Positions 9,746 to 20,847 are shown, counted from the stretch's first letter. The stretch is 64,000 bases of DNA from an uncultured Candidatus Rokubacteria bacterium (GCA_963758635.1 CAVWWD010000003.1:32001-96000), one strand, 5' to 3'. Notes: generated from the letters alone by a model not told the origin. Numbers and translations: made by a program.

Positions 9746-10602
9746 CCGCCCGGCGCGCCGAGGGCGTGTGGCTGGTCGCCCCCGCGCTGCTCGTGCTCGG
9801 CGCGCTCACCGCTTATCCGACCGTCTGGGTCCTGTGGCTCTCCCTGCAGCGCCGCGTGCCCATCTTCGGGATCGATCGCTTCGAGGGGCTCGGCAACTTC
9901 CGCTTCCTTCTCGAGGACACGCGCTTCTGGAACGCCGCGGCCGTCACGCTGATCTACACCGCCGCGTCGATCGCGCTGGAGCTGGCGGGCGGCCTCCTCG
10001 TGGCCCTGGCGCTCCGCGAGCAGCGGACGGGGCGGCGGCTCGCGCTCTCGCTGCTGCTCCTGGCGTGGGCGCTGCCCGCGGTGGTGACGGCGAAGCTCTT
10101 CGAGTGGCTCTACAACCCCTCGGCGGGGCTCGTGAACTACGCGCTCGGCGGAGCGGCCCTCAACTGGCTGGGCGATCCGCGTCTGGCCCTGCCCGGCGTG
10201 GTCCTCGCCGACGTGTGGCGCACGCTGCCCTTCGTGGCGCTGCTCTGCTACGCGAGGCTGGCGTCGATTCCCGCCGAGCTCTACGAGGCGGCGGCCATCG
10301 ACGGGGCCGGCCGGCTCGCCGGGTTCTGGCGCATCACGCTGCCGCTGACCCGCCAGATCCTGCTGATCGCGCTCCTGTTCCGCTCCCTCGACGCGCTCCG
10401 CGCCTTCGATCTGCCGTTCGTCCTGACCGGCGGCGGGCCGGCGGGCACCACGGAGACGCTCACGGTCTACGCCTACCGGAGCCTCTTCCAGACGCTCCAG
10501 CTCGGGCTGGGCTCGGCGGTGGGCGTGGTGGTGTTCGCGCTCGTGATGCTCGTGGCGTGGGGCTACCTGCGCGTGCTGCGCCGCGAGGGCCTGGCGGCGT
10601 GA
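9742..10602 (+). CDS. Carbohydrate ABC transporter permease 1
   Basis: EAA loop IPAELYEAAAIDGA; ATGA overlap. Confidence 0.9.
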   Translation: MTARRAEGVWLVAPALLVLGALTAYPTVWVLWLSLQRRVPIFGIDRFEGLGNFRFLLEDTRFWNAAAVTLIYTAASIALELAGGLLVALALREQRTGRRLALSLLLLAWALPAVVTAKLFEWLYNPSAGLVNYALGGAALNWLGDPRLALPGVVLADVWRTLPFVALLCYARLASIPAELYEAAAIDGAGRLAGFWRITLPLTRQILLIALLFRSLDALRAFDLPFVLTGGGPAGTTETLTVYAYRSLFQTLQLGLGSAVGVVVFALVMLVAWGYLRVLRREGLAA

Positions 10603-11420
10603 GGCGGCGGCCGGGCCTGGTCGCGTGACCTCGCCGTGCTGGCGGGCCTCGCCGTCTACGCCATGCCGTTCTTCTGGCAGGTCCTGACCTCGCTCAAGCC
10701 CGAGGCCGAGCTGATGGTGCTGCCGCCGCTCTTCCCGAGCCGGCTCACCCTCGAGCACTACCAGGTGGTGCTCGAGAAGAGCGTGATGCTCCGCGCGATG
10801 GTGAACAGCCTCGGCGTCGGCGCCCTCACCACGGCATTCGCGCTCGCGCTCGGCGTCGCCGCGGCGTACGGGCTCGCGCGCTTACCACGTGCCCGCCAAG
10901 GGGCTCATCCTGCTCGTGGTGGTCGCCGGCACCGCCTTCCCGCAGATCGCCACCGTGAGCCCGCTCTACCTCCTGATGCGCGCGCTCGGGCTGCGCGACA
11001 CGTGGCTCGCCCTCGTCCTGGCCAACACGTCGTTCGCGCTGCCCCTGGTCATCTGGCTCCTGGTGGGCTTCATCCGCGAGATCCCGGTGGAGCTCGAGCA
11101 GGCCGCGGCGGTGGACGGCGCGGGACGCGGACAGACGTTCCGCTGGGTGACGCTGCCGCTGCTGGCGCCCGGCCTCGGCTCGGCCGCGCTGCTCACGTTC
11201 CTCTTCTCGTGGAACGAGTTCCTGTTCGCCTACACGTTCACGGCCACGGAGGCCAGCCGCACCGTTCCCGTCGCCCTCGCGCTCTTCCCCGGCGTGTTCG
11301 AGGTGCCGTGGGGCGACATCGCGGCCGCGTCGATCCTGGCGAGCCTGCCGCCGGTGGCGCTCGTGGTGGGGCTGCAGCGCTACCTCGTCCGGGACTCCTG
11401 GCGGGGCGCTCCGCGAGTAG
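10599..11420 (+). CDS. Carbohydrate ABC transporter permease 2 (frameshifted)
   Basis: IPVELEQAAAVDGA, FSWNEFLFA; frameshifts near 10625, 10888 and 11390. Confidence 0.85.
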
Positions 11421-11578
11421 AGGCGCGCGAGCGCGGCGCGTGCGCGCGACGGTGACGGCGCGGCCACGCTTGACTGGCGTCCGGCCTGGGCCCGGCACGA
11501 ATCCGGATGGGCGTACCGGATGAGTCCGCCGCCCGACGAGTCCGTCCTTCATTCCCACCGAGCCATAGGAGGAAGCCA

Positions 11579-12059
11579 ATGGGTGCCCGAGGAGAAGCGC
11601 TTGCCAAGCAGTTCGAGGCCAAGGCGGCGGAGTTCACCGCCGCGATCGAGAAGCTGTCCGACGCGGACTGGAAGAAGGTGACCACGGCCGAGAAGTGGTC
11701 GGTCGGCGTGACCGCGCACCACGTGGCCGGGGCGCACGAGCCCATCTCGAACATCGTGAAGACCCTCTCGGCGGGGCAGTCGATCCCCGGGTTCACGATG
11801 CCGATGCTCGATGAGATGAACGCCAAGCACGCGAAGGACTTCGCCAACGTCACGAAGGCGGAGACGCTCGACATCCACAAGAAGGGCGTCGCCACCGCGG
11901 CGGCCGTTGTGCGCGGGATCGCCGATGCAGACTTCGACAAGAGCGGGAGTGGCGCTCACCGGCATGCCGCCGCTGTCCGCCCAGCAGGCCGTCGAGGGCA
12001 TCCTCGTCAACCACATCAACGAGCACCTGGGCAGCATCCGCGCCACGGTCGGGAGCTGA
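11579..12059 (+). CDS. DinB/MDMPI-like four-helix protein (frameshift near 11948)
   Basis: LSDADW...EKWSVGVTAHH...HINEH; AGGAGG RBS. Confidence 0.8.
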
Positions 12060-12065
12060 GCCGAC

Positions 12066-12972
12066 ATGACCACGACCGCCCGGGTGGGGTTCATCGGGCT
12101 CGGCACCATGGGCATGCCCATGGCCACGAACCTCGCCCGGGCGGGCGTCGCGCTGTCGGTGCACGATGCGAGCCCGGCTGCCCAGGCCGCGGCGGGCCAA
12201 CTGTCCGGCGCGCGCGTGGCCGGCTCGCCGAGCCAGGTCGCGGGCGAGTCCGACGTGGTCTTCACCTGCCTGCCCAACGACGACATCGTCCGACGCGTGT
12301 ACCTGGGGGCGGACGGGCTCGGGGCGGCGGGCGCGGCCAGGGCTCGTGACCTGCGACTGCTCCACGGTGAGCCCCGAGGCCACGGTCGAGGTGGCGGCGG
12401 GCATGCGCGAGCGCGGCTCCGTGCACATGGACACGCCGATGCTCGGCTCGGAGCCCCAGGCCGTGTCGGGCGAGATCTTCTTCATCGTGGGCGGCGACGC
12501 CTCCGCGCTGCCGGCCATCGCGCCGTATCTCTCGATCATGGGGCGACTCCACATGTTCGTGGGCGGCCCCGGCATGGCGAACCGCGTGAAGCTCCTCCAC
12601 AACGGGCTCGCCGCCGTCACCTCCGTGGCGGTGGCCGAGGCGCTCGGCGTGTGCGTGCAGTCCGGCGTGGATCCCACCACGTTCTACGAGGTGGTGCGAA
12701 ACGGCGGCGGCATGGCGTTCGGCACGTACTTCGACCGGCGGGTCAAGCGCATGATCGACGGGGAATGGTCGCCCACGTTCATGCTCGAGCTGATGCGCAA
12801 GGACGCCACGCTCGCCCTGGCCCTCGCGCGCTCCGTGAAGGTGCCGGTGCCCATCCTGGAGGAGACCAAGCGCACGTACGACGAGGCGGTGGACAAGGGA
12901 TGGGGCAAGCAGGACTTCTCCGCCGTCACCCACGTGGTGGAGTCGCGCATCGGGCGCCCGCTGTCGGGATGA
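12066..12972 (+). CDS. 3-hydroxyisobutyrate dehydrogenase family oxidoreductase (frameshift near 12332)
   Basis: VGFIGLGTMGMPMA, DCSTVSP, KLLHN, LMRKD. Confidence 0.9.
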
Positions 12973-13044
12973 CGCGCGTCGTCCGTCGGGTGGCGCGTCG
13001 CCGTGGCCGTCCGCGATGATGCGTCCCGGCGTGGTCCGGCGGGC

Positions 13045-14037
13045 ATGACCCGCATCGGCGTGGCGTTCACCGGCGGCCTCACGCCGGGCAACGTCGTCGA
13101 GTGCGTCCGTCTCGCCGAGGAGCTGGGCTACGAGTCGGCGTGGGTGGCCGAGGGGCACGGCGGCGACCAGTTCGCCATCCTCGCCGCATGCGCCACCGCC
13201 ACGTCGCGGATCCGCCTCGGCACCGCCATCTCCAGCGTGTTCGTGCGCAGCGCGCCCACCATCGCCATGGCCGCCGCCACCGTGGATCACCTCTCCGGCG
13301 GCCGGTTCGTGCTGGGCCTCGGCTCGAGCCACCGCGTGCAGGTGGAGCCCGAGCACGGGATCCCGTTCGAGCGGCCCATCGAGCGGCTGCGCGAGACCGT
13401 CGACGTGGTGCGGGCCCTCCTGCGCGACGGCACGGTGTCCCACGTCGGCGCCGCCGTCACCATCGAGCGCTTCGACTTCTGGTTCCCTCCGCTCCGGCGG
13501 GAGATCCCGATCTACCTCGCCGCGCTGTTCCCGCCGCTCCTGCAGGCGGCGGGAGAGCTCGCGCAGGGCGTGCTGCTCACGTGGAGCACGCTCGAGGCCG
13601 GGCGGCGCGCGCGCGATAACGTCGCCATCGGCGCGCGGCGCGCGGGACGGAAGCCGGAGGACGTGGACATCGCCTCGCTCCTGCCCTGCCACGTGGCGGC
13701 GAGCCGTGAGGAGGCGGTGGCGCGCCTGCGCCCGTCGGTGGCCCTCTACGGCGGGTTCTTCCCGCGCTACAACCGGCTGCTCGCGGAGAACGGCTTCCCC
13801 GAGGCCGCGCGCGCCATCCGCGCGGCGTGGGAGCGCGGCGACCGCGAGGCCGCGGCGCGCGCGGTCCCCGACGAGATGGTCGAGGCCGTCGCGGTCGTGG
13901 GGACGGCCGCCGAGTGTCGCGCGCGCGTGGAGGCGTATCGCGCCGCCGGCCTCGATCTGCCGATCCTGAGCCCGCGAGTGAGCGGTTCCGACGGCAAGGC
14001 CTCGGTCATGGCCGCCATTCGCGCCTGCGCCCCGTAG
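13045..14037 (+). CDS. LLM class flavin/F420-dependent oxidoreductase
   Basis: AEELGYESAWVAE, TSRIRLGT, SGGRFVLGLG. Confidence 0.9.
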   Translation: MTRIGVAFTGGLTPGNVVECVRLAEELGYESAWVAEGHGGDQFAILAACATATSRIRLGTAISSVFVRSAPTIAMAAATVDHLSGGRFVLGLGSSHRVQVEPEHGIPFERPIERLRETVDVVRALLRDGTVSHVGAAVTIERFDFWFPPLRREIPIYLAALFPPLLQAAGELAQGVLLTWSTLEAGRRARDNVAIGARRAGRKPEDVDIASLLPCHVAASREEAVARLRPSVALYGGFFPRYNRLLAENGFPEAARAIRAAWERGDREAAARAVPDEMVEAVAVVGTAAECRARVEAYRAAGLDLPILSPRVSGSDGKASVMAAIRACAP

Positions 14038-14049
14038 TCCCCACGACCT

Positions 14050-14176
14050 GCAGGCTGCCGAGAAGGGTCCAGCTGCGAGGCGGCGCCCGAGGACCGCACG
14101 CGAGGCGTAGTCTCTCTACGTTGAGCGTGCGGCCGAGGGCGCCAACGAAGCAGATGGGCCCTTATCGGCAGCCTGC
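14050..14176. mobile_element. MITE-like 127-bp full-length palindrome
   Basis: GCAGGCTGCCGAGAAGGGTCCA...TGGGCCCTTATCGGCAGCCTGC terminal IRs plus nested internal IRs; ends at CTAG. Confidence 0.75.
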
Positions 14177-14937
14177 TAGAGCGCGATGGACAGGCCGGCG
14201 TCCACCGTGATGACCTGCCCGGTGATGTAGGAGGCGGCGTCCGAGGCCAGGAAGATGGCCGCGCCCACCAGCTCGTCGGGCCGGCCGAAGCGCTGGAGCG
14301 GGATGCGCCGGGCCAGGTCCTGCGCGCGAGGCTCGGCGAAGAACCCGGCGTTGATCTCGGTCCGGATGAAGCCGGGGGCGATGGCGTTCGCGGCGATGCC
14401 GCTGGGACCGAGCTCCACGGCGAGCGCACGCACCAGCGCCTCGAGTCCGCCCTTCGACGCGACGTACGCCGGATCGCCCTGGAACGACTGCTGGCCCACC
14501 ATGGACGAGATGAACACGAGACGGCCCTGACCGCGCGCCGTCATGTGCCGCGCAGCCAGACGGGACAGCTCGTACTGCGCGACCAGGTTGGTCTCGATGA
14601 GCCGCCGGAACGCGTCGGCGGTGATGTCGGCCAGCGGGCGCCGGTCCCGCACCCCCGCGTTGCCGACCAGGCAGTCCAGGCGGCCGTGGCGTGTGGCGAT
14701 CGTGTCGATGGCCGCCGCGGCGGCGGCGAGGTCGGTGATGTCGAACGCGGCCGGGAAGGCGCCGGGGATCGCGCCCGCGACCTCGGCGACGCGCTCGGCG
14801 TTGCGCCCGTTGATGCCCACGATGGCGCCGGCCGCCGCCATCCCGCGCGCGATCTCGAGCCCGAGGCCGCGCGTGGCCCCGGTGACGAGCGCGACGCGCC
14901 CGGCGAGCGAGAAGCGCGCGAGGCCCGCGGCGGTCAC
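14176..14937 (-). CDS. SDR oxidoreductase (gluconate 5-dehydrogenase-like)
   Basis: TGATRGLG, NAG, YVASK, IAPGFI. Confidence 0.9.
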   Translation of the reverse strand: MTAAGLARFSLAGRVALVTGATRGLGLEIARGMAAAGAIVGINGRNAERVAEVAGAIPGAFPAAFDITDLAAAAAAIDTIATRHGRLDCLVGNAGVRDRRPLADITADAFRRLIETNLVAQYELSRLAARHMTARGQGRLVFISSMVGQQSFQGDPAYVASKGGLEALVRALAVELGPSGIAANAIAPGFIRTEINAGFFAEPRAQDLARRIPLQRFGRPDELVGAAIFLASDAASYITGQVITVDAGLSIAL

Positions 14938-15067
14938 TTCCACTGGCGCGCCCGGAGGGGCGCGAGCGCGACATTGAAGCCGGTCCGCTTGATTGACGCT
15001 TCGCCCACGATTCCCGGACAATAGACCACCGTTCCACCCGGCGAAAGGCAGAAATCCAGGAGGCACC

Positions 15068-16384
15068 ATGGCCACGCGCGCGCGCAAGGACTTCCCGGTC
15101 TTCGATTGCGACAGCCACGTCGTCGAGCCGCCGGCCATCTGGGACGAGTACGTGCCGGCCCGGAGCCGCGCGTGGGTGAAGACCCAGTTCTGCTTCCACA
15201 CCGACAGCGACCTGCTGTACATCAACGGCCGCGTCGTTCCCGCCGCGCGCGAGCGGTCGAACGCCGCCGAGGTGGGCTGGGCCCGGTGGGACAAGAAGGA
15301 GGTCGGCAAGCTCACCCCGGGAACGCCGGAGTGGCAGGAGCGGTTCGGCCGGCTGCTCGGCTGCCGCGACCCCCACGCGCGCCTCGCCGACATGAACGCG
15401 CTGGGCACCGACCAGGTGATGCTGTTCCCCACGTGGTTCGTGCGCCTCGCGCTCCTCCGGAACGCCGAGGCGGCGACGATCCTGGCCCGGGCCTACAACG
15501 ACTGGGTGCTCGACTACTGCGCGGCCGACCGGGAACGTCTCTTCCCCTGCGCCGTCCTGCCGCTCCAGAGCGTGGAGGCGTCGATCGCCGAGCTCACGCG
15601 GGTGGCGAAGCTCGGGTTCAAGGCCGCGGCCGTCCGCCCGTGCTTCTGGAACGGCCGGTATCCGACGCTGCCCGAGTTCGATCGGCTGTGGCGGGAGTTC
15701 GAGGACACCGGGGTCGTGCTCGCCATGCACACGTTCCCGTCCCGGGAGGCCCTCACGCCCGACTGGGGCGAGCGGATGGCCCAGGCACGCGGCCACTCCG
15801 GCCAGGGGCTGCTCTTTACCGACGAGGCCGTCGTGTACTCGCCCGGGCAGTTCGTGTCGAACATCACCGCGGCCATGGACCCCGCCATCGACGCCTCGGA
15901 GACGCTCGGTTTCCTCATGGAGGCCATGACGTGGGTGACGGTGGTGCTGCAGACGGGGTGGCTCGATCGGTTCCCGCGCCTCAAGGCCGCGGTGCTCGAG
16001 TCGAACGCCTCGTGGCTCCCCCTGGTCCTCGCGCGGTGCTCGAACTTCTCGAACCTCTTCGCGTTCCAGCGCGACAACCGCGTCATCCGCGATCCCGTCG
16101 AGGCCTTCCACGCGCGCTGCTTCATCGGCTTCGAGTCGGACGAGACGCTGGTGTACCGGCTGTGGGACGTGTTCCAGGACGTGGCGATCTGGTCCTCGGA
16201 CTATCCGCACCACGACGCGGAGGACGCGTGGGAGGGCCTCGCCCACATGGCGGAGGTGGGGGTGCCCGAGGCCGCGCAGCGGAAGCTGCTGGGCGAGAAC
16301 GCGCGCCGGCTGTACGGCATCGAGCCCCTGATGGTGGTGGGGGAGCGCATCGAGTCGCACGAGCCGGCGATCCTGCCGTGGTAG
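15068..16384 (+). CDS. Amidohydrolase_2 family protein
   Basis: DCDSHVVEP, AYNDW, WSSDYPHHD, NARRLY. Confidence 0.9.
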   Translation: MATRARKDFPVFDCDSHVVEPPAIWDEYVPARSRAWVKTQFCFHTDSDLLYINGRVVPAARERSNAAEVGWARWDKKEVGKLTPGTPEWQERFGRLLGCRDPHARLADMNALGTDQVMLFPTWFVRLALLRNAEAATILARAYNDWVLDYCAADRERLFPCAVLPLQSVEASIAELTRVAKLGFKAAAVRPCFWNGRYPTLPEFDRLWREFEDTGVVLAMHTFPSREALTPDWGERMAQARGHSGQGLLFTDEAVVYSPGQFVSNITAAMDPAIDASETLGFLMEAMTWVTVVLQTGWLDRFPRLKAAVLESNASWLPLVLARCSNFSNLFAFQRDNRVIRDPVEAFHARCFIGFESDETLVYRLWDVFQDVAIWSSDYPHHDAEDAWEGLAHMAEVGVPEAAQRKLLGENARRLYGIEPLMVVGERIESHEPAILPW

Positions 16385-16642
16385 GGGGCTCGGCCGGGCG
16401 GGCCGCCCGCCCCGGCGCTTGGCCTCCTTGCTAGAATGGCCGGCAGGCGACAGGTGGGTGTCCCGACCTTCGCCCTGTCCGTGCCGGAGACGCTGCGGGC
16501 GATGGATCTCCTCGCCACCCACCAAGGGGCCATGTGATGACGCGAACGCTCGACCTCAGCCCGAACCGGGCCGGCCGCCGGATGGCGACGGACCCGCGCA
16601 CTCCCTGCCGCCCCGCTCAGGGCCCGGAGGCCCGCTAGGACG

Positions 16643-17347
16643 ATGCTCGAGCTCATCGCCGACCCGGAGTTCCTCGCCCGCCTCGGCACGATCATCGTCA
16701 TCGACCTGCTGCTCGCGGGCGACAACGCGCTGGTGATCGCGCTCGCCGTGCGCTCGCTGCCCCCGCGGCAGCAGTTCTACGGGCGCATCTTCGGCACGGC
16801 AGGCGCCGTCGTCCTCCGCATCGGGCTCATCACCATCACCACCATCCTGCTCGGCGTCCCGTTCCTCAAGTTCGTGGGTGGGGTCCTGCTGATCTGGATC
16901 GCGCTCAAGCTCGTGCGGCCCGACGCCGACGAGGGAGAGCACGTCAGGCAGGGCACGTCGCTCAAGAGCGCCATCTGGATCATCATGGTCGCGGACCTCG
17001 TGATGAGCCTCGACAACGTCCTCGGCGTGGCCGCGGCCGCGCACGGCGACATGAAGCTCGTCGTTCTGGGCATCGCCATCTCGATCCCGATCGTCGTCTG
17101 GGGCAGCGGCATCCTCGCGCGGCTGATGTCGCGGTTCAGGTGGATCATCTGGCTGGGCGGAGGCGTGCTCGGCTACGTGGCGGGCGAGATGGCGCTCAGC
17201 GACGACGCCGTGCGGCCCTGGGTCGGCGACGTGATCCACCGGGTCGTGCCGATCCTGCTCGGCGTCCTGCTGACCGGGCTCGGCTGGTGGCTCGCGCGCA
17301 GCCGGCCCCGCGAGGAGTCCGAGGACCGGGCCATCGCCCGGGACTGA
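16643..17347 (+). CDS. TerC family (YjbE-type) membrane protein
   Basis: IDLLLAGDNALVIA and ADLVMSLDNV motifs. Confidence 0.92.
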   Translation: MLELIADPEFLARLGTIIVIDLLLAGDNALVIALAVRSLPPRQQFYGRIFGTAGAVVLRIGLITITTILLGVPFLKFVGGVLLIWIALKLVRPDADEGEHVRQGTSLKSAIWIIMVADLVMSLDNVLGVAAAAHGDMKLVVLGIAISIPIVVWGSGILARLMSRFRWIIWLGGGVLGYVAGEMALSDDAVRPWVGDVIHRVVPILLGVLLTGLGWWLARSRPREESEDRAIARD

Positions 17348-17395
17348 TCGCCCGGCTCACCCGGGCGTGGGGACGGCGCGCTACAATCGCCGATC

Positions 17396-17885
17396 ATGCG
17401 CGAGTACCACTACCGCGCCGACGCCGACGGACGCATCTTCCACGACGGCACCGAGATCGTCGATCCGGCCACGCTCCGCTTCTTCGTCCTCGCCATGCAG
17501 CAGGCGCCGGACGGCCGGTACCTGGCGCTGTGCCAGGGGGAGCGCAACTGGTTCGAGCCCGCGCTGGGCGAGGGTGACACGCCGCTGGTGGTGCAGCGGC
17601 TGCGGCTCGCCGTCGACGGACGGGCGGCTCGCCGGCGCCGAGGTCGGCCTGCCCGGCGACCACTGGGAGGCCCTCGACGCCGGCTCCCTCGAGTCCGAGC
17701 AGGGCCGGCTCTACTGCCGCGTGCGCCGCGGCGCCCTGCGGGCGCGCCTCGGTCGCGTGGCCCTCTCGCAGCTCGCGCCCTTCCTGAACGGTGACGAGGG
17801 CGCGGCGGCGCTCGCCATGGGCGGCGCGCGCCACGCCATCGTCGAGCGCGCGTCCGTGCCCGGGCGCGCGCCCGTTCCCCTCTGA
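17396..17885 (+). CDS. DUF1285-like hypothetical protein (frameshift near 17620)
   Basis: DADGRIFHDGTEI...DTPLVV...LYCRVRRGALRARLGR. Confidence 0.6.
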
Positions 17886-17900
17886 GGCGGGAGGCGTTCC

Positions 17901-20133
17901 CTGACGCCGCGCGCCCCGGTCCGCCACGACCTCCTGCTGGTCGGCGGCGGTCACACGCACGTCCAGGTGCTCCGGAGCTGGGCCATGATGCCGGTGCCCG
18001 GCGTGCGCCTCACCGTGGTCGTCGATCGGCCCGTCGCCGTGTACTCGGGCATGGTCCCGGGCTTCGTGGCCGGACAGTACCGGCGCGAGGAGCTCGAGAT
18101 CGACGTGCGGCCGCTCGCGATGCGCGCGGGGGCGCGATTCGTGGTGGCGGCCGCGGTGGGCATCGACCCCGCGGAGCGGCGCGTCCGCGTGGCGGGCCGG
18201 CCGCCCATCCCCTACGACACCGCGTCGTTCGACGTGGGCTCCACGGTGGCCGGCCTCGACCTGCCCGGCGTGCGCGAGCACACGCTGCCCACGCGGCCCA
18301 TCGGCCGGTTCGTGGAGCGCGTGGACGAGCTCGTCGCGGGGGCGCGCGCGCGGGGCGCGGCGCGCGTGGTGGTGGTGGGCGCGGGAGCGGGCGGCGTGGA
18401 GCTCGCCTTCGCGCTCCGTGCCCGGCTCGCGCGCGAGGGCGTGGCGCCGGCCGAGATCACGCTCCTCGAGGGCGGGAGCCGCGTGCTGCCGGGCTATCCC
18501 CGGACGACAGCGCGGCGCATCGAGCGCCACGCCGCCGCGCGCGACATCGTGGTGCGCCTGGGCGCGCGCGTGGCCGAGGTGCGCCCGGACCACGTGCGCC
18601 TCGAGAGTGGCGAGACCATCGGCTGCGACGCGCTCGTGTGGGTGGCGGGCGCGGCGAGCCTCGGCCTCTTCCGCGAGGCCGGCCTCCCGACCGACCGTCA
18701 CGGGTTCGTCCGCGTGCGCTCCACGCTCCAGGTCGAGGGACACGACGAGCTGTTCGCGGTGGGCGACTGCGCGTGCCTGATCGGCGCGCCGACCCTGGCC
18801 AAGGCCGGGGTGTACGCCGTGCGCCAGGGGCCGCCGCTGATCGCGAACCTGCGCGCCCGTCTCACCGGCGGCCCCCTCACGACCTACTTCCCCCAGCGCG
18901 ACTTCCTCTCGCTGCTGAACCTGGGCGACGGGACCGCGGTGGCGTCGAAGTGGGGCATCTCCGCCGACGGCGGCTGGGTGTTCACGCTGAAGGACCGGAT
19001 CGACCGGCGCTTCATGGAGCGCTTCCAGGTGCTGGGCCCCGCCGGCGACGTGACGCCGGAGTTCTCCGCCCCGCCCGCCATGGCCCAGGACATGGTATGC
19101 GGCGGGTGCGCGGCGAAGGTGGGCGAGTCCGTGCTGTCGCGCGCGCTCGCGCGGCTCGGGGCGCCCACGGATCCCGATGTCGTCATGGGCCTCGCCGAGC
19201 CGGACGACGCCGCCGCCGTCGTTACGCCGCGGGGCGAGGTGATCGTCGTCCACCGTGGACGCGTTCCGCGCCTTCACCGACGACGCCTACCTGGTGGGCC
19301 GCGTGGCCGCGGTGAACGCGGCCAGCGACCTCTGGGCCAAGGGCGTGTCGCCGCGCTTCGCCCTCGCCCAGGTCGAGGTGCCCGACGCCGACCCGGAGCG
19401 CGCGGAGGAGACGCTCTTCCAGGCTCTGGCGGGCGCCCGCGCCGTCCTCGACGCGGAGGGCATCACGCTGCTGGGCGGCCACACCACCAACGGCGACGAC
19501 CTCGCCGTGGGCTTCACCATGTTCGGCACCGCGGAGTCCGCCTCCGGCCTGCTTCGCATCGGCGGCCTCGCGCCGGGCGACCGTCTCGTCCTCACCAAGC
19601 CCGTGGGGACCGGCGTCCTCTTCTTCGCCGACGCGCGCGGCCTGGCGCGCGGCGCGTGGATGGAGGCGGCGCTGGCGTCGATGCTGCGCACCAACGCCGC
19701 GGCCTCGCGCGTGGCCAGGTCGATGGGCGCCACCGCGTGCACGGACGTGAGCGGCTTCGGCCTCGCCGGCCACCTCGGCGAGATGCTGCGCGCGAGCAAG
19801 GCCGGCGCGGTGGTGGACCTCGCCGCGGTGCCGCTCCTGCCCGGCGCGGGCGCGCTGCTCGCGCGGGGCCTGCGCAGCACCTTCCACCCGGAGAACGCGC
19901 GCGCGCGGCGGGCGCTCCGCATCGGGCCGGCGGCGGCGGCGCGGCCCGCGCTCGACGCGCTCTTCGACCCGCAGACCTCGGGCGGCCTGCTCTTCGGTGT
20001 GCCCGCGGCGCGGGCCGCCGAGGCCGTGGCCGCGCTTCGCGCCGGCGGCGACCTGCACGCCGCGGTGATCGGCGAGGTGACGCCCCCCCGGGAGGACCTC
20101 GCCCTCTTCGAGGTGACGGTGTCGGGCGCCTGA
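17901..20133 (+). CDS. selD: FAD-dependent pyridine nucleotide-disulfide oxidoreductase / selenide,water dikinase fusion (frameshift near 19250)
   Basis: LVGGGHTH, GAGAGG, AVGDC, KAGVYAVRQG, then CGGCAAKVG, DDAA, NAASDLWAKG, GGHT, LTKPVGTG, TDVSGFGLAGH, DPQTSGGLL; start codon uncertain (CTG). Confidence 0.92.
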
Positions 20134-20154
20134 GCTTCAGGCGCCGCGGAGAGG

Positions 20155-20248
20155 GAGTTGATGAATGGGAGACGGCACTCCGCGTGTACGCAGAATCGCG
20201 GTGTTGGCCCGCCCGCCGAGGTCAGAATCCGCGTTCGTTCACAACCTC
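20155..20248 (+). repeat. ~95-bp dispersed IS-end-like element, copy 1
   Basis: Homologous to 47341-47434 (+) and 43201-43300 (-); core CGCGTGTACGCxGAATCGCGGTGTTGGCCCGC. Confidence 0.8.
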
Positions 20249-20847
20249 AACCGGTAGACGCAGCCCTGCCGGAGCTTCTGGATCCCCGCACGATCGAGGG
20301 TCGCGGTGCGCGTTCCCAGCTCGCCGCGCGCGTTCCGCCGGAAGTCGGCCTGCGCGACCTCGGCGAGGTAGACCTCGGTGAAGGTCATCGGCCGCCGGTC
20401 CATGGCCGGCTCGGTGACGCGATCCACCTCGTAGACGAACACGCAGAGCCACTGGTCGCGCGCGCCGTGGGTGTCCACCGCGCCGCCGCCCTTGCGCGTG
20501 GTCTTGATCTCCACGCCCTCCGTGCCCGCGCGGACCGCGTTGTCCGGGTAGCGCCCGCGCACGACGAGGTCGGGATGGCCGTTGTGGTAGCGGTTCTCGG
20601 TGAGGGCCCGGGCGTGCTTCGCCAGGCTCGCGGTGAGCATGTCGGAGAGCAGGCCGGACATGATGGCGGGACGCAGGAAGTCGTCCAGGCGCTCGAGGCC
20701 CTTGCCCTGCAGGAAGGCGTTCACGTCGAAGAAGAAGTCGTACACGTCCTGCATGGCGATGGCGAAGTCGTCGATGCGGAGCTCGTAGGGCAGGGGCAGC
20801 GCGGCGTTGAGCCGGTCGCGGTCTATCTGATTCTTGCCGAGTGGCAT
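20239..20847 (-). CDS. Putative type II restriction endonuclease, PD-(D/E)xK
   Basis: HPDL...GVEIK catalytic motif; divergent from a DNA methyltransferase. Confidence 0.7.
   Translation of the reverse strand: MPLGKNQIDRDRLNAALPLPYELRIDDFAIAMQDVYDFFFDVNAFLQGKGLERLDDFLRPAIMSGLLSDMLTASLAKHARALTENRYHNGHPDLVVRGRYPDNAVRAGTEGVEIKTTRKGGGAVDTHGARDQWLCVFVYEVDRVTEPAMDRRPMTFTEVYLAEVAQADFRRNARGELGTRTATLDRAGIQKLRQGCVYRLRL

Noticed and set aside
14050..14176. 6S RNA
   Set aside because: Too short, no central bubble, and the ends resemble IS terminal repeats
16430..16642. yybP-ykoY (Mn) riboswitch upstream of terC
   Set aside because: A long leader follows TAGAAT, but the GGGGAGUA and related core motifs are not present
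19080..19120. Selenocysteine in SelD (also checked in the metallophosphoesterase CxC)
   Set aside because: All of these codons are TGC; there is no in-frame TGA
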